From positions 4,096,001-4,160,000 of the forward strand of contig OY762209.1 of NCBI GenBank assembly GCA_963665295.1: a stretch of 64,000 bases of DNA. Direction: 5' to 3'. Each line of letters begins with the position of its first letter. Position 1 is the first letter of the stretch. Below are positions 52,795 to 61,922 of the stretch, piece after piece. Source of the DNA: Syntrophorhabdaceae bacterium (GTDB taxonomy: Bacteria; Desulfobacterota; Syntrophorhabdia; Syntrophorhabdales; Syntrophorhabdaceae). Below the pieces are notes generated by a model. That model was given only the letters and a program-made list of their open reading frames with translations. It made no database searches and was not told where the DNA came from. The position numbers were made by a program, and so were the translations under genes.

Positions 52795-52974
52795 ATACTC
52801 CCCTATATCCCGGGATCTTTCCCACCGTCCGACCGACTGCGGCCAAAGAGCCCGGGATAAAAGCACCTGCGCCGGAATCATTCAGCGCCGCCTTTCGGGG
52901 CGAAACCCGCAAAAGAATTATACCCGGCTCATCCCGACATCTTGAGTTCAAATGGGTCACCTTCCGTGCATTTA

Positions 52975-52983
52975 TGCTATACT
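52975..52983 (+). promoter_or_regulatory. Extended -10 (TG-C-TATACT) upstream of the HDOD gene
   Basis: Near-consensus extended -10 about 75 nt before ATG 53059. Confidence 0.5.
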
Positions 52984-53058
52984 GATACAAATGTCACGTG
53001 AGCATGCCGCATCCATGATTGCCATGTTCGAAGGATTCCCCCTCAAAGGGTCCGGAAC

Positions 53059-54249
53059 ATGACGTCTGAAATTCACCCCGACCTTTTAAGACATCTTGAA
53101 GCCGGTTATTCCCTGCCTTCCCTTTCTGTGGTCGTTATAAGGCTTGTGGAACTCGCGTCCGATGAGCGTTGTTCCGTAAACGACATTGCGGGTTTGATCG
53201 AGAAAGACCCCTCCCTTACCGTGCGCCTCCTTAAACTGGCAAACAGCGCGTTCTTCAGGGGCAGCCAACCCGTGGTAACCCTGAAACATGCAATTCTACG
53301 GATCGGATTCCGCCAGTTGAGGATAATGGCGCTTTCATTGTCCCTGAGAGACACCTTCCCCATGGGCAAGGTGGGAGTCCTCGACTACGAACGTTTCTGG
53401 CGCACCTCTCTCTACAGGGCCCTCCTTGCCAAATCCTTCGCACATCACTTGGGAACATGCGATCCGGAGGAAGCCTTCGTCGGAGGATTGACTCTGGGTG
53501 TGGGCTTTCTGATCTTCTTCGACCTTTTCGTGAAGGGAAAGGGAGTGGACATGGATTCCGGACTCGATACCCTCGACAAGCTCCTTGCGTGGGAGACGGA
53601 ACGGTTCGGCGTGGACCACAGGAAGATCGGCCGTGCCGTGCTCCGCTACTGGGGGTTTCCCGAGGAGATCGTCGATTGTCAATTGGGGTATAAGGGAGGG
53701 ACGACCGGACCTCTTGCGCGGGTTTGCGAATCGGCCAGAGTGTTGTCGAACATATTACTTCGCAGATCCGCGGGCTTCCATTCCCTTTTCCGCGAAGGGA
53801 ACGAAAAACTCGGTCTCTCCGACGAGACCATAAACGACATCGTCCTTGCTACCTTTGAAGAAGTCCAGGATATCGCTGAAAGCTTCCGGATAGAGATGAA
53901 CAAGGAGAAGGACCTGCTTGAATTGATGGAGAAAGCCAACCGCGCGCTAAGTCAGATATCAGAGAAGATGTCCCACTTACAACAAGAAGGTTCGCTCCCC
54001 TCCTTTGAGGGCCTTTCCGGAGAGCAGACCGCCGGACAGACTTATGTAAACGAAACCTTGCAGGCTGTGGCCCACGAGATCAGGAATCCCCTTGTGGCCG
54101 TGGCGGGTTTTGCGAAGAGACTTGCCGCTACGGTAGATCCTTTGTCAAAAGGCGGCGAATACGCACGGATCATACTCGAAGAAGCCGTCAGACTGGAAAC
54201 CGCCCTTACCGAAATGACCCGGGACAGACTCGCGAAAAATACAGGATAG
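53059..54249 (+). CDS. HDOD domain + HisKA dimerisation domain protein (no ATPase domain)
   Basis: LPSLS, DPSLTVRLLKLANSAFF, FW..S, DH..IG....YW.FP (HDOD); C-terminal VAHEIRNPL H-box. Confidence 0.85.
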   Translation: MTSEIHPDLLRHLEAGYSLPSLSVVVIRLVELASDERCSVNDIAGLIEKDPSLTVRLLKLANSAFFRGSQPVVTLKHAILRIGFRQLRIMALSLSLRDTFPMGKVGVLDYERFWRTSLYRALLAKSFAHHLGTCDPEEAFVGGLTLGVGFLIFFDLFVKGKGVDMDSGLDTLDKLLAWETERFGVDHRKIGRAVLRYWGFPEEIVDCQLGYKGGTTGPLARVCESARVLSNILLRRSAGFHSLFREGNEKLGLSDETINDIVLATFEEVQDIAESFRIEMNKEKDLLELMEKANRALSQISEKMSHLQQEGSLPSFEGLSGEQTAGQTYVNETLQAVAHEIRNPLVAVAGFAKRLAATVDPLSKGGEYARIILEEAVRLETALTEMTRDRLAKNTG

Positions 54250-54317
54250 CCCGGGGAACTGCGGGTCCTTTCTTCACCGTGTTTATGGTCCCTCCATCCC
54301 ATGGGTCTGCCGGCAGA

Positions 54318-55148
54318 TCAGTGGAACACCCCTACGACGAGGAGCATGATGAATATGCCCACCGACAGGGCAGAAAAACCGACGACTGCTGCCGCAACTT
54401 CCAGCCACAGTGCGGGCGGATCGCTCTGGATAGCTTTCAGCCTGCCTTCCCGTTCGAGTCTTTCATACTCGGTGGAACGTTCCTCTCTGAATTCCTCTTC
54501 CTCAACACGTCCCGTAAAAATCACCGGGTCAAGGGGAAATTTGTCCCCCCGAAGATGAGTATGGATAAAGTGGAAGATGAAGATGAAACCCGTAGCAAGG
54601 AGAGCTTCATCACTGTGGACGATAGTGGCGATATTAAGCACCCATCCCGGGAAAAGACGAGCGGCAAGCGTTGGAAACCAAAGAAAGAGTCCCGAGACTC
54701 CTATCATCCCTACCCCCCAGAATACCGCCCAGTAATCGAATTTCTCCCAGTATGTCCACCTGTCAAACCTCGGTCTCGGACCGAGGCCGAGGAACCACCT
54801 GAAATTGGCGTACAGGTCTTTCGCATCCTTGATTCCAGGCACCATCGAATTCGGGCCCAGAAGAAAGGTAAAAAGTGGCTGGGTCAATTTGTACTTGAAA
54901 AAATAGCATAGATAACAAAGATGAGCGGCGAAATACCCGAATGTCACCACCGCACAAACCCGGTGGAGAAAACCGGCCCTCTCGAACCCTCCCAGAAAGG
55001 TTACGAGGTAACGAGCCCACAGACTGTCACTGTACTTGAGTGGAAGACCTGTCAGGGCAAGACCGAGAAAACTGGTCATGACGAATAAGTGCATGACACG
55101 GTGGAAATGGTTAAACCGCACAAAATATATCCGCTTGGCCCGCGTCAT
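54318..55148 (-). CDS. Membrane di-heme cytochrome b subunit (CbcL/CbcB- or FdnI-like)
   Basis: HRVMH..LALTGLP, LHR, RWTYWEKFDYWAVFWG, IVHSDEALLA..FIFIFH; about five TM segments. Confidence 0.88.
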   Translation of the reverse strand: MTRAKRIYFVRFNHFHRVMHLFVMTSFLGLALTGLPLKYSDSLWARYLVTFLGGFERAGFLHRVCAVVTFGYFAAHLCYLCYFFKYKLTQPLFTFLLGPNSMVPGIKDAKDLYANFRWFLGLGPRPRFDRWTYWEKFDYWAVFWGVGMIGVSGLFLWFPTLAARLFPGWVLNIATIVHSDEALLATGFIFIFHFIHTHLRGDKFPLDPVIFTGRVEEEEFREERSTEYERLEREGRLKAIQSDPPALWLEVAAAVVGFSALSVGIFIMLLVVGVFH

Positions 55149-56509
55149 TTGCCCCTCCTCTCCCGCCTCTTCCGCAGACGCTCAATCCAGGACCGTGGGA
55201 GCCAGAGAAGGGCGTGGATTCCAAAAAATCCGAAGGTCGCCACAAGAAGGGCTGTCATGAAAAGCCACACATAGTAAAAAATGGGGTGATCGCCCTTGTG
55301 TGTATAATCCGCATGGACCACAAATTCCGTGAATCCCTTTTCGGCCTTCGGGTGACATTGCCGACACGTTGTAAGCAGGTTCTCAGCCGAAATCCTGGAC
55401 CTGGGGTCTGACCGGGGAAGGACATCGTGGGCGCCATGACAGTCCGCGCACTTCGCTACCCTGGTAAAACCAAGGTTGGTTACCTTTCCATGATATGAAT
55501 GATGGTACGTCTCGAGGGGGTCTCTATGACAGCTTCCGCATTCCCTGATCGCGTCCAGCATCCAGGTGTTTGCCTTTACCCGTCTTATCTCATGCGCAGG
55601 GTGACAGGTAGAACAACTCGGAGCGTTCCTGTTCCCTTTTGCCACTGCCCGGGAGTGAGCGCTTATCTTGTAGGCCTGTTCCGCTTTTGAATGGCATTTT
55701 CCACACGATGCGGAGATATTGGCAGGATATATCAGTGAGGTAGGATCCGTGTGAGGTTTTATTGCATGGGAACCGTGACAATCATTGCAGGCGGCCGAGA
55801 CGAGGACTCCCGATTTAGTGAGTGCTTGTCCATGGATACTATCCTTGTAAAGAGCGTACGCCTTTTCCGCGGGGATCTTGTATTTCTTTACCATCTCCGG
55901 GTTCGAATGACAACGGGAACATGTTGCCGGCAGGTTGACGGCATAGACGGGCGAACGGGGGTTGTTTTTGCCAAGCATATCATGGGTCTTTCCATGACAA
56001 TCAGCGCAGGCTGCCGTTTCACCCATGCCTTTGCCGCCCGTCTTTGCCCGGGAATGAATTCCTTCCCCGTATTCGCGATACACAGTTGCGTGACAGGTCC
56101 GGCATGTCGTTGCAGTCAACGTCTTCGCCTTCTCCACCCCGTGATAGCCGTGGCAATCCTTGCAGGTTGCCCCCTGCCCTTTGCCGCTCCCGTGAACGCT
56201 CGTACGGTAATGCTTGTACGTATCTCCATGGCAGGCACCGCAGGAGCGCACACTCACAGTCTCAGGATGGGGCAGGTCTTTGATGTCGTGACATCCCACA
56301 CAGTTCAGTGAGCCATGGACCGATTTGTCGAAAATGTCCTTGTTGAAGAAGAGGGAAATCGTTTTCCCCCCGGAGGCCTGCTTGGTGAGTTCTTTCTCTC
56401 CGTGACATCCCATGCAGTCGTCGTTGGTAATTCCGGCCCCATGGGCGTTTGCCCAGAGAAACAGCAAAGACAGTAAGAAAAGACCGCCGAATAATGCTCT
56501 CTTCTTCAA
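55145..56509 (-). CDS. Membrane-anchored multiheme cytochrome c (13 CxxCH)
   Basis: Signal peptide from TTG 56509 (SD GGAGG 8 nt upstream); 13 CxxCH motifs counted; C-terminal TM; ATGA overlap with cytochrome b. Confidence 0.93.
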   Translation of the reverse strand: MKKRALFGGLFLLSLLFLWANAHGAGITNDDCMGCHGEKELTKQASGGKTISLFFNKDIFDKSVHGSLNCVGCHDIKDLPHPETVSVRSCGACHGDTYKHYRTSVHGSGKGQGATCKDCHGYHGVEKAKTLTATTCRTCHATVYREYGEGIHSRAKTGGKGMGETAACADCHGKTHDMLGKNNPRSPVYAVNLPATCSRCHSNPEMVKKYKIPAEKAYALYKDSIHGQALTKSGVLVSAACNDCHGSHAIKPHTDPTSLIYPANISASCGKCHSKAEQAYKISAHSRAVAKGNRNAPSCSTCHPAHEIRRVKANTWMLDAIRECGSCHRDPLETYHHSYHGKVTNLGFTRVAKCADCHGAHDVLPRSDPRSRISAENLLTTCRQCHPKAEKGFTEFVVHADYTHKGDHPIFYYVWLFMTALLVATFGFFGIHALLWLPRSWIERLRKRRERRGK

Positions 56510-56740
56510 AACCGCGTCCTCCCTTTCTCTTGCTGAAGTCATTTTACCCCATTTTCTCTTATCTGACAATTACTTTCATTTCCCCTTCACCGGCGGAGGC
56601 CCCTCTCGCGGGTCCGTTGCAAGGAAGACCCTGGTGCCGACGCCGACACGAGGGAGATGCGAAAGCGCGGCCCTGCGCCTTTTTTCACTGAAAATGATGA
56701 GGGTAGACTAAAATAGGGAGAAGGCGGCCCGGTTAAGCCG

Positions 56741-57088
56741 CTATACGAAGGTATCGAGGGTATGTTTTACGATCTCGTCCTGTGCCTGGAAGGCTTTAAG
56801 CGTTGCTTCATAACTTCTTTGCAGGAGCACCAACCTGGGCATGTCCTGACTGTGAATGACGTCGTATACCTCGGCAAAAAGCCCACTGGATGCCTGGGCT
56901 ATCGAACCGTACGGGTCCATCCTGATCCCTTCCCCGACTGCAAGACTTGCAGATGCGCCCTTTTCCGCGGCTACAACAGTCTTCGGGTCCGGAGGTCCCG
57001 AACCGGCACCGGCTCGTGGGCCTTCCCGGCCCATCCTGGCCCCCTGGGTAGTGCTCCCCACTATGTACGGATACACGCTTTCAATCAT
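56741..57088 (-). CDS. Small protein with flagellar basal-body rod/hook C-terminal-like helix
   Basis: C-terminus DMPRLVLLQRSYEATLKAFQAQDEIVKHTLD resembles the rod/hook C-terminal (QR.YEAN.K....DE) motif; supported by a well-placed promoter. Confidence 0.65.
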   Translation of the reverse strand: MIESVYPYIVGSTTQGARMGREGPRAGAGSGPPDPKTVVAAEKGASASLAVGEGIRMDPYGSIAQASSGLFAEVYDVIHSQDMPRLVLLQRSYEATLKAFQAQDEIVKHTLDTFV

Positions 57089-57094
57089 GAAGCG

Positions 57095-57140
57095 ATATTA
57101 GCAGAGATACAGGCGGCAGTCTGTGACAACCATCACATTT
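57095..57140 (-). promoter_or_regulatory. Class II CRP-family-activated promoter: TGTGA-N6-TCACA box plus extended -10
   Basis: TGTGA-caacca-TCACA-ttt at 57122-57140. TG-C-TAATAT at 57103-57095 (-). Box centre is -41.5 from predicted +1 = 57088. Confidence 0.72.
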
Positions 57141-57218
57141 TTCCGATAGACTTCTGCCCACGGGTACCGCTCACTAAATCGTGGGTCGCCAATAGAAGAG
57201 TCCGTGATCCCGAATGTC

Positions 57219-58673
57219 TTATCCGCCGGGACCCGGTCTCCTTGTCTGGCCGAATCGGTCCGGCTGGTCCTGTTCGTCAGGGAATATTTTGCCGGGGTTC
57301 AAAATCCCCTTTGGATCGAATGCCGCCTTTATACGCTTCATGAGGTCTATTTCCGTTTCCGTCATCTGGAGCCGCATATAGTTCTTTACCGTAATGCCCA
57401 CTCCGTGCTCGCCGGTCAGTTTGCCCCCCATGTCCACCGTCTTTCTGTATATCTCTCCCAATAGCTCATTCGCCTCCTGAAGCTCTGCGAAATTCTTTCT
57501 CCTGTACTGTATGGTCACGTGCAGGTTGCCGTCGCCTCCGTGGCCAAAAGTCGCCACCTTTACCAGTCTGCCCGCCGCGCTCTCTTTGATAGCCCGCACC
57601 AACCGGGGGAGATGGTAACGGGGTACGACGACATCTGCCTCCAGATGATCCTTGCCTTTCGACTTAAGGGCGGGCAATGCCTCCCTCCTGATCCTCCACA
57701 GCTTCTCTGCCTCCTTGTCGTCGACGGCAAGTCTTGCCTCCATAATACCCGCTGTTCCGTCGGCCAGAGCGAGGACACGTCCGGCCTGCTCATCCACCGC
57801 TCCACGGTGGTTCCCATCAATCTCGATAAGAACGAGGGCAGCGGCGTCCCTTTTCAGTTCTTCCGTGCCCGGAAGATAATCGGCCACGCAATTCATGGTG
57901 TAGTTGTCCATGAACTCTATGGCGCACGGGATCGTCCCACTCTCGAACACGGCGGCTACCAGATCCGCGGCAAGGGAAAGGTCGTTCACATAAAAGATAC
58001 ACGTACGATGGTAATCGGGCATGGCGAGCACTCTGCACGTAATCTTCGTGATAATTGCAAGGGTTCCTTCGGAACCCGTGAGAAGCGCCACCAGATCGTA
58101 TCCGGTTACGTTCTTTACCGTACGCCCTCCCGCGTTGATTATGCCTCCATCAGGCAGAACCGCCTCCAATCCCAGTACGTAATCTCTCGTGACCCCGTAT
58201 TTCACGGCCCTCGTGTATCCCGCGTTTTCTGCGACATTGCCGCCCAGAGTACTCTCTACGGTGCTCGATGGGTCGGGCGGAAAGAACAGGCGGTGATATG
58301 CGAGGGTCTTCTGGAGATCCGCAGATATGACGCCGGGTTCCACCACGACCTGCATGTTGTCCTTGTCGATCTCAAGTATCTTGTTCATCCGGAGAAGGGA
58401 TATCACGACGCCACGTTCCACCGGCAACGCGCCCCCTGAAAGCCCCGTCCTGCCCCCCTGGGGCGTCACCGGCACACCCGTCTCACACGCAAGTTTCATG
58501 ATTCCCGACACCTGTTCCGTATTCGTGGGAAGGAGCACGGCGTCGGGCATAAATCGCATTTCCGTCGCATCGTAGCAGTAATGGGAAAGGCCGTCCCTGT
58601 CTGAAATCACCTGGTCCGCCTCAAGAAACTTCTTCACTTCTTCCATAAATATCCCAATGCCCTGCCCGTTCAT
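57219..58673 (-). CDS. FAD-linked 2-hydroxyacid oxidoreductase (GlcD / D-lactate dehydrogenase family)
   Basis: GGRTGLSGG, PPDPSS..STLGGNVAENAG, GSEGTL, GHGGDGNLH, GEHGVG, DPKGILNPGK; start ATG 58673 after GGAGG. Confidence 0.92.
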   Translation of the reverse strand: MNGQGIGIFMEEVKKFLEADQVISDRDGLSHYCYDATEMRFMPDAVLLPTNTEQVSGIMKLACETGVPVTPQGGRTGLSGGALPVERGVVISLLRMNKILEIDKDNMQVVVEPGVISADLQKTLAYHRLFFPPDPSSTVESTLGGNVAENAGYTRAVKYGVTRDYVLGLEAVLPDGGIINAGGRTVKNVTGYDLVALLTGSEGTLAIITKITCRVLAMPDYHRTCIFYVNDLSLAADLVAAVFESGTIPCAIEFMDNYTMNCVADYLPGTEELKRDAAALVLIEIDGNHRGAVDEQAGRVLALADGTAGIMEARLAVDDKEAEKLWRIRREALPALKSKGKDHLEADVVVPRYHLPRLVRAIKESAAGRLVKVATFGHGGDGNLHVTIQYRRKNFAELQEANELLGEIYRKTVDMGGKLTGEHGVGITVKNYMRLQMTETEIDLMKRIKAAFDPKGILNPGKIFPDEQDQPDRFGQTRRPGPGG

Positions 58674-58991
58674 CGAACCACCTCCATCAATATCCGTTCC
58701 TTCCATCCCGCTCCGAATCACAGGCCATCCCCACCCCTTCGCACGGGATACATACCATAACAATTTATACAAAGTCGGTTGAGCCATTGCAATCATTTCC
58801 TTTAAACAAGCAACCGGGCCTGTGTCGGATAGACATGTGCACCGGCGTTCTCGCCTTTTCCCGCGCGACGTACCTCACCAATTTCCCTTAATAGCTTAAG
58901 AAAGGTTATAATAAAACCGATAACAGCAGAAAGCATTGCAAAACAAAGGCAGGTTTGTGTGTATGGTCTACGACCGGGGGGAGAGACTAGA

Positions 58992-61484
58992 TTGATCAAA
59001 AAGGCCTATGGCAGGTTCAGGCGCGTGGGCATTCTCCCCAAATTGCTTACCTCGTTCCTTATTCTCTCTGTGGTCCCCTTGATTATCCTGGGATATTTTG
59101 CCAACGAAAACCTCAAAGACACCGGGTTCCAGGCTGCGGGGAAGGCGGAGGAAATGGGCCGGATGAACCTGACCGCCGCTAAAGATATCGGTAAGGTGGC
59201 GATTGAAGACAGCACTCATGCTCTGGACCGTAAATCCACCGAGGCCATTGAACTGAGAACAGTGGAACTCGCCGCAAGAGTAGCCGATTTTCTTTACGAG
59301 AGAGACAAGGACATTCTCGTTCTCGCTTCCATTACACCGCAATCGCAGGAGTACCACAAGATCTATAACGCTTTGAAGAAAGAGATAATAATTGCCGAAA
59401 AGCCCGGATATCGGCGCGGGGCGCCGGATCTGCAGTCCCGGAACCCCGAGAACAGGGAGGAATGGAGACACAGACCGCCGGACTCTTTCAGGAGGTTGTC
59501 AAAACCGCTCTACCGGGAGATCACGTACGTCGACCTCACCGGCATGGAGAGGATCAAAATAGTCGCCGGCAAAATTTCCGACAATCTCCTGGATGTAAGC
59601 GTCAGGGAAAACACCAGTTGCAGGGCGGAGGACTACTTCTCGCACCTTGGCCGGTTGAAGCCGGGAGAGATATATGTGTCCGGCGTGATCGGCGCACACG
59701 TGAAGGGCTGGCTCTACAGGACTCCGGAGGGCCTCAAGGTCAAACGTCAAAGCGCTTACGCCGGCAAAGAAAACCCGGAGGGACGAAGGTTCGAGGGCAT
59801 CATCAGGTGGGCAACCCCCGTATATAACCGCAGGGGCGAAAAGACCGGGTATGCAACTATGGCGCTGGATCATTCCCATATAATGGAATTCACCGCCCAC
59901 GTGATGCCTACGGACGAGCGGTTTACCATGCACCCTGACGGCGGCTCCGGCAATTATGCCTTTATCTGGAACGACAAAGACAGATGTATATCCCATGCAA
60001 GGCACTTCTTCATATACGGATATGATCCGGCCACAGGAGAAGAGGTGCCGGGATGGATAAGTCAGGACACCTATGACCGGTACAAGAAGAGTGGTCAGTC
60101 CTTGCGGGAGTTTACCAACCGCCTGCCGTCATTCAGAAATTTCAGCCAGAAGAAGCCCGGCTCGGCGGAGCAACTGGCGTCCGGGGACATTGCCCTGGAT
60201 TGCAGGATACTCGACACCGCCCCTCAGTGCCAGGGTTGGCACGAGGGGACCGAAGACGGTGGCTCGGGCTCGTTCCTCATCCTGTGGAGCGGCCTATGGA
60301 AACTTACCACCTATGCGGCCATACCCTACCATACAGGTATGTACGGCCGGTCGAAAAGGGGTTTCGGATACGTAACCATTGGGGCCAACGTAGACGATTT
60401 TCACAAGGAAGCGAATATTACCAAAGCAAAAATAGAAAAGGGCATCTTCAACGAGAGCAAGGAGATCCTTTCCACAAACAGTATGACCAGGCAGTTCATC
60501 AGCGAACGGGTCGCCCGGAACCGCAAGGTGATTACCATCATTACTTTTGTTGCGGGCATGGCCGTCATCGGGACATCCATTATCTTGAGTCTGGGCATCA
60601 CCACGCCCCTCAGACGACTGACGGAGGGTGCGATGGAACTCAGCAAGGGAAACTACGGGCATTCCATTGAGGTGAAGTCAGGAGACGAAGTAGGGAAGCT
60701 GGCAAACTCGTTTAACGAGATGGCAAAGGCAATTTCGGAAGTGGACAGAATGAAAAGTGATTTTGTCACCATAGCGTCGCACGAACTGAGAACGCCCATA
60801 CAGGCGATGCTTCTCGGGGTGTCAGGCGTACTGGAGGGTTACTCGGGAACTATAGACGAAGAAGCGCGGGAAGACCTCGAACTTGCAAGGCTCGGCATCG
60901 AACGGTTGATGCGCCTCGTAACGGACCTCCTCGACCTGTCCCGCATCGAAGCCCGGAAGATTGAACTCAATATCACGGAAACGACTGTTTTCGCTGTTGT
61001 AGGGAGGGCCGTAGAAGAGCTTTCGGAACTGGCTCAGGTCCACAGCCATACGGTAAGGAATGAAATAGTCCCGGGCGGTGCATTGATCAAGGTTGACAAA
61101 GACCGCATGGTGCAGGTAATGATAAACGTGATAAGTAATGCGATAAAGTATTCTCCCGATGGGGGAAAGATTCTCATAAGAGCGGAAAGCGACAGTGAGG
61201 AGGTGGTAATCCGTGTCGCGGATAACGGGTACGGGATACCTCCCTGGGCCGGGGAAGAAATCTTCAAGAAGTTTTTCCAGGCCGACAGTATCATGTCGCA
61301 GAAAGTGGGCGGTACCGGGCTGGGGCTCACCATTACAAGGGGTATAATAGAGAAACACGGAGGCACCATTGTCTGTGAGAGCCCGTTGCCCGAAAACGAG
61401 TTTCCCGATCTCCCTTTGAGCGCTGAGCGAAAAGGATCGGTCTTTATCATCCGCCTGCCCATCGATGTCCGGTCAAAGGGCTGA
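58992..61484 (+). CDS. Membrane sensor histidine kinase with ~480-aa extracytoplasmic domain and HAMP
   Basis: TM1 (LLTSFLILSVVPLIILG), TM2, HAMP (DEVGKLANSFNEM), SHELRTP, NAIKYS, GGTGLGL; probable TTG start 58992. Confidence 0.92.
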   Translation: MIKKAYGRFRRVGILPKLLTSFLILSVVPLIILGYFANENLKDTGFQAAGKAEEMGRMNLTAAKDIGKVAIEDSTHALDRKSTEAIELRTVELAARVADFLYERDKDILVLASITPQSQEYHKIYNALKKEIIIAEKPGYRRGAPDLQSRNPENREEWRHRPPDSFRRLSKPLYREITYVDLTGMERIKIVAGKISDNLLDVSVRENTSCRAEDYFSHLGRLKPGEIYVSGVIGAHVKGWLYRTPEGLKVKRQSAYAGKENPEGRRFEGIIRWATPVYNRRGEKTGYATMALDHSHIMEFTAHVMPTDERFTMHPDGGSGNYAFIWNDKDRCISHARHFFIYGYDPATGEEVPGWISQDTYDRYKKSGQSLREFTNRLPSFRNFSQKKPGSAEQLASGDIALDCRILDTAPQCQGWHEGTEDGGSGSFLILWSGLWKLTTYAAIPYHTGMYGRSKRGFGYVTIGANVDDFHKEANITKAKIEKGIFNESKEILSTNSMTRQFISERVARNRKVITIITFVAGMAVIGTSIILSLGITTPLRRLTEGAMELSKGNYGHSIEVKSGDEVGKLANSFNEMAKAISEVDRMKSDFVTIASHELRTPIQAMLLGVSGVLEGYSGTIDEEAREDLELARLGIERLMRLVTDLLDLSRIEARKIELNITETTVFAVVGRAVEELSELAQVHSHTVRNEIVPGGALIKVDKDRMVQVMINVISNAIKYSPDGGKILIRAESDSEEVVIRVADNGYGIPPWAGEEIFKKFFQADSIMSQKVGGTGLGLTITRGIIEKHGGTIVCESPLPENEFPDLPLSAERKGSVFIIRLPIDVRSKG

Positions 61485-61509
61485 TGACGGCGGCGAAAGG
61501 AGTGTATCC

Positions 61510-61881
61510 ATGAAGATTAAAAACATTTTGGTGGTGGATGACGAAAAAACCATCTCTCTCTACCTCCAGAAGAAACTCACCAAACTGGGTTTCACCGTGT
61601 ATCTCGCGGAAGATGGCGAGGAGGCGCTCAGGCAGGCTTATTCCGTCCTTCCCGATATCATCCTCCTTGACGTCAAGCTTCCGAAATTAAATGGCATCGA
61701 AGTCTGTAAGAACCTCAAATCGGACGACAGAACGAAACATATCCCCGTCGTAATACTCTCGGCAAAAGCGCAGTCCTTCGAGATTGAGCAGGGTCTGGAA
61801 GCAGGGGCCGACAAATATTTGTGCAAGCCTATGAGTTTTCCCGATATTTTGAGGGAATTACTGGCCTTCGAGACAAGGTAG
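61510..61881 (+). CDS. Single-domain response regulator
   Basis: LVVDDE, LLDVKLP, LSA, CKP; SD AAGGAG before ATG 61510. Confidence 0.93.
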   Translation: MKIKNILVVDDEKTISLYLQKKLTKLGFTVYLAEDGEEALRQAYSVLPDIILLDVKLPKLNGIEVCKNLKSDDRTKHIPVVILSAKAQSFEIEQGLEAGADKYLCKPMSFPDILRELLAFETR

Positions 61882-61922
61882 CGAAAAGGGATGCCAAACC
61901 CGGCTGTCAGAGGAGATTCGGC

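Noticed and set aside
56570..56740. Sigma54 promoter upstream of the cytochrome c gene (GGCAC...TTGCA on the - strand)
   Set aside because: The GG-to-GC spacing is too long for a -24/-12 promoter.
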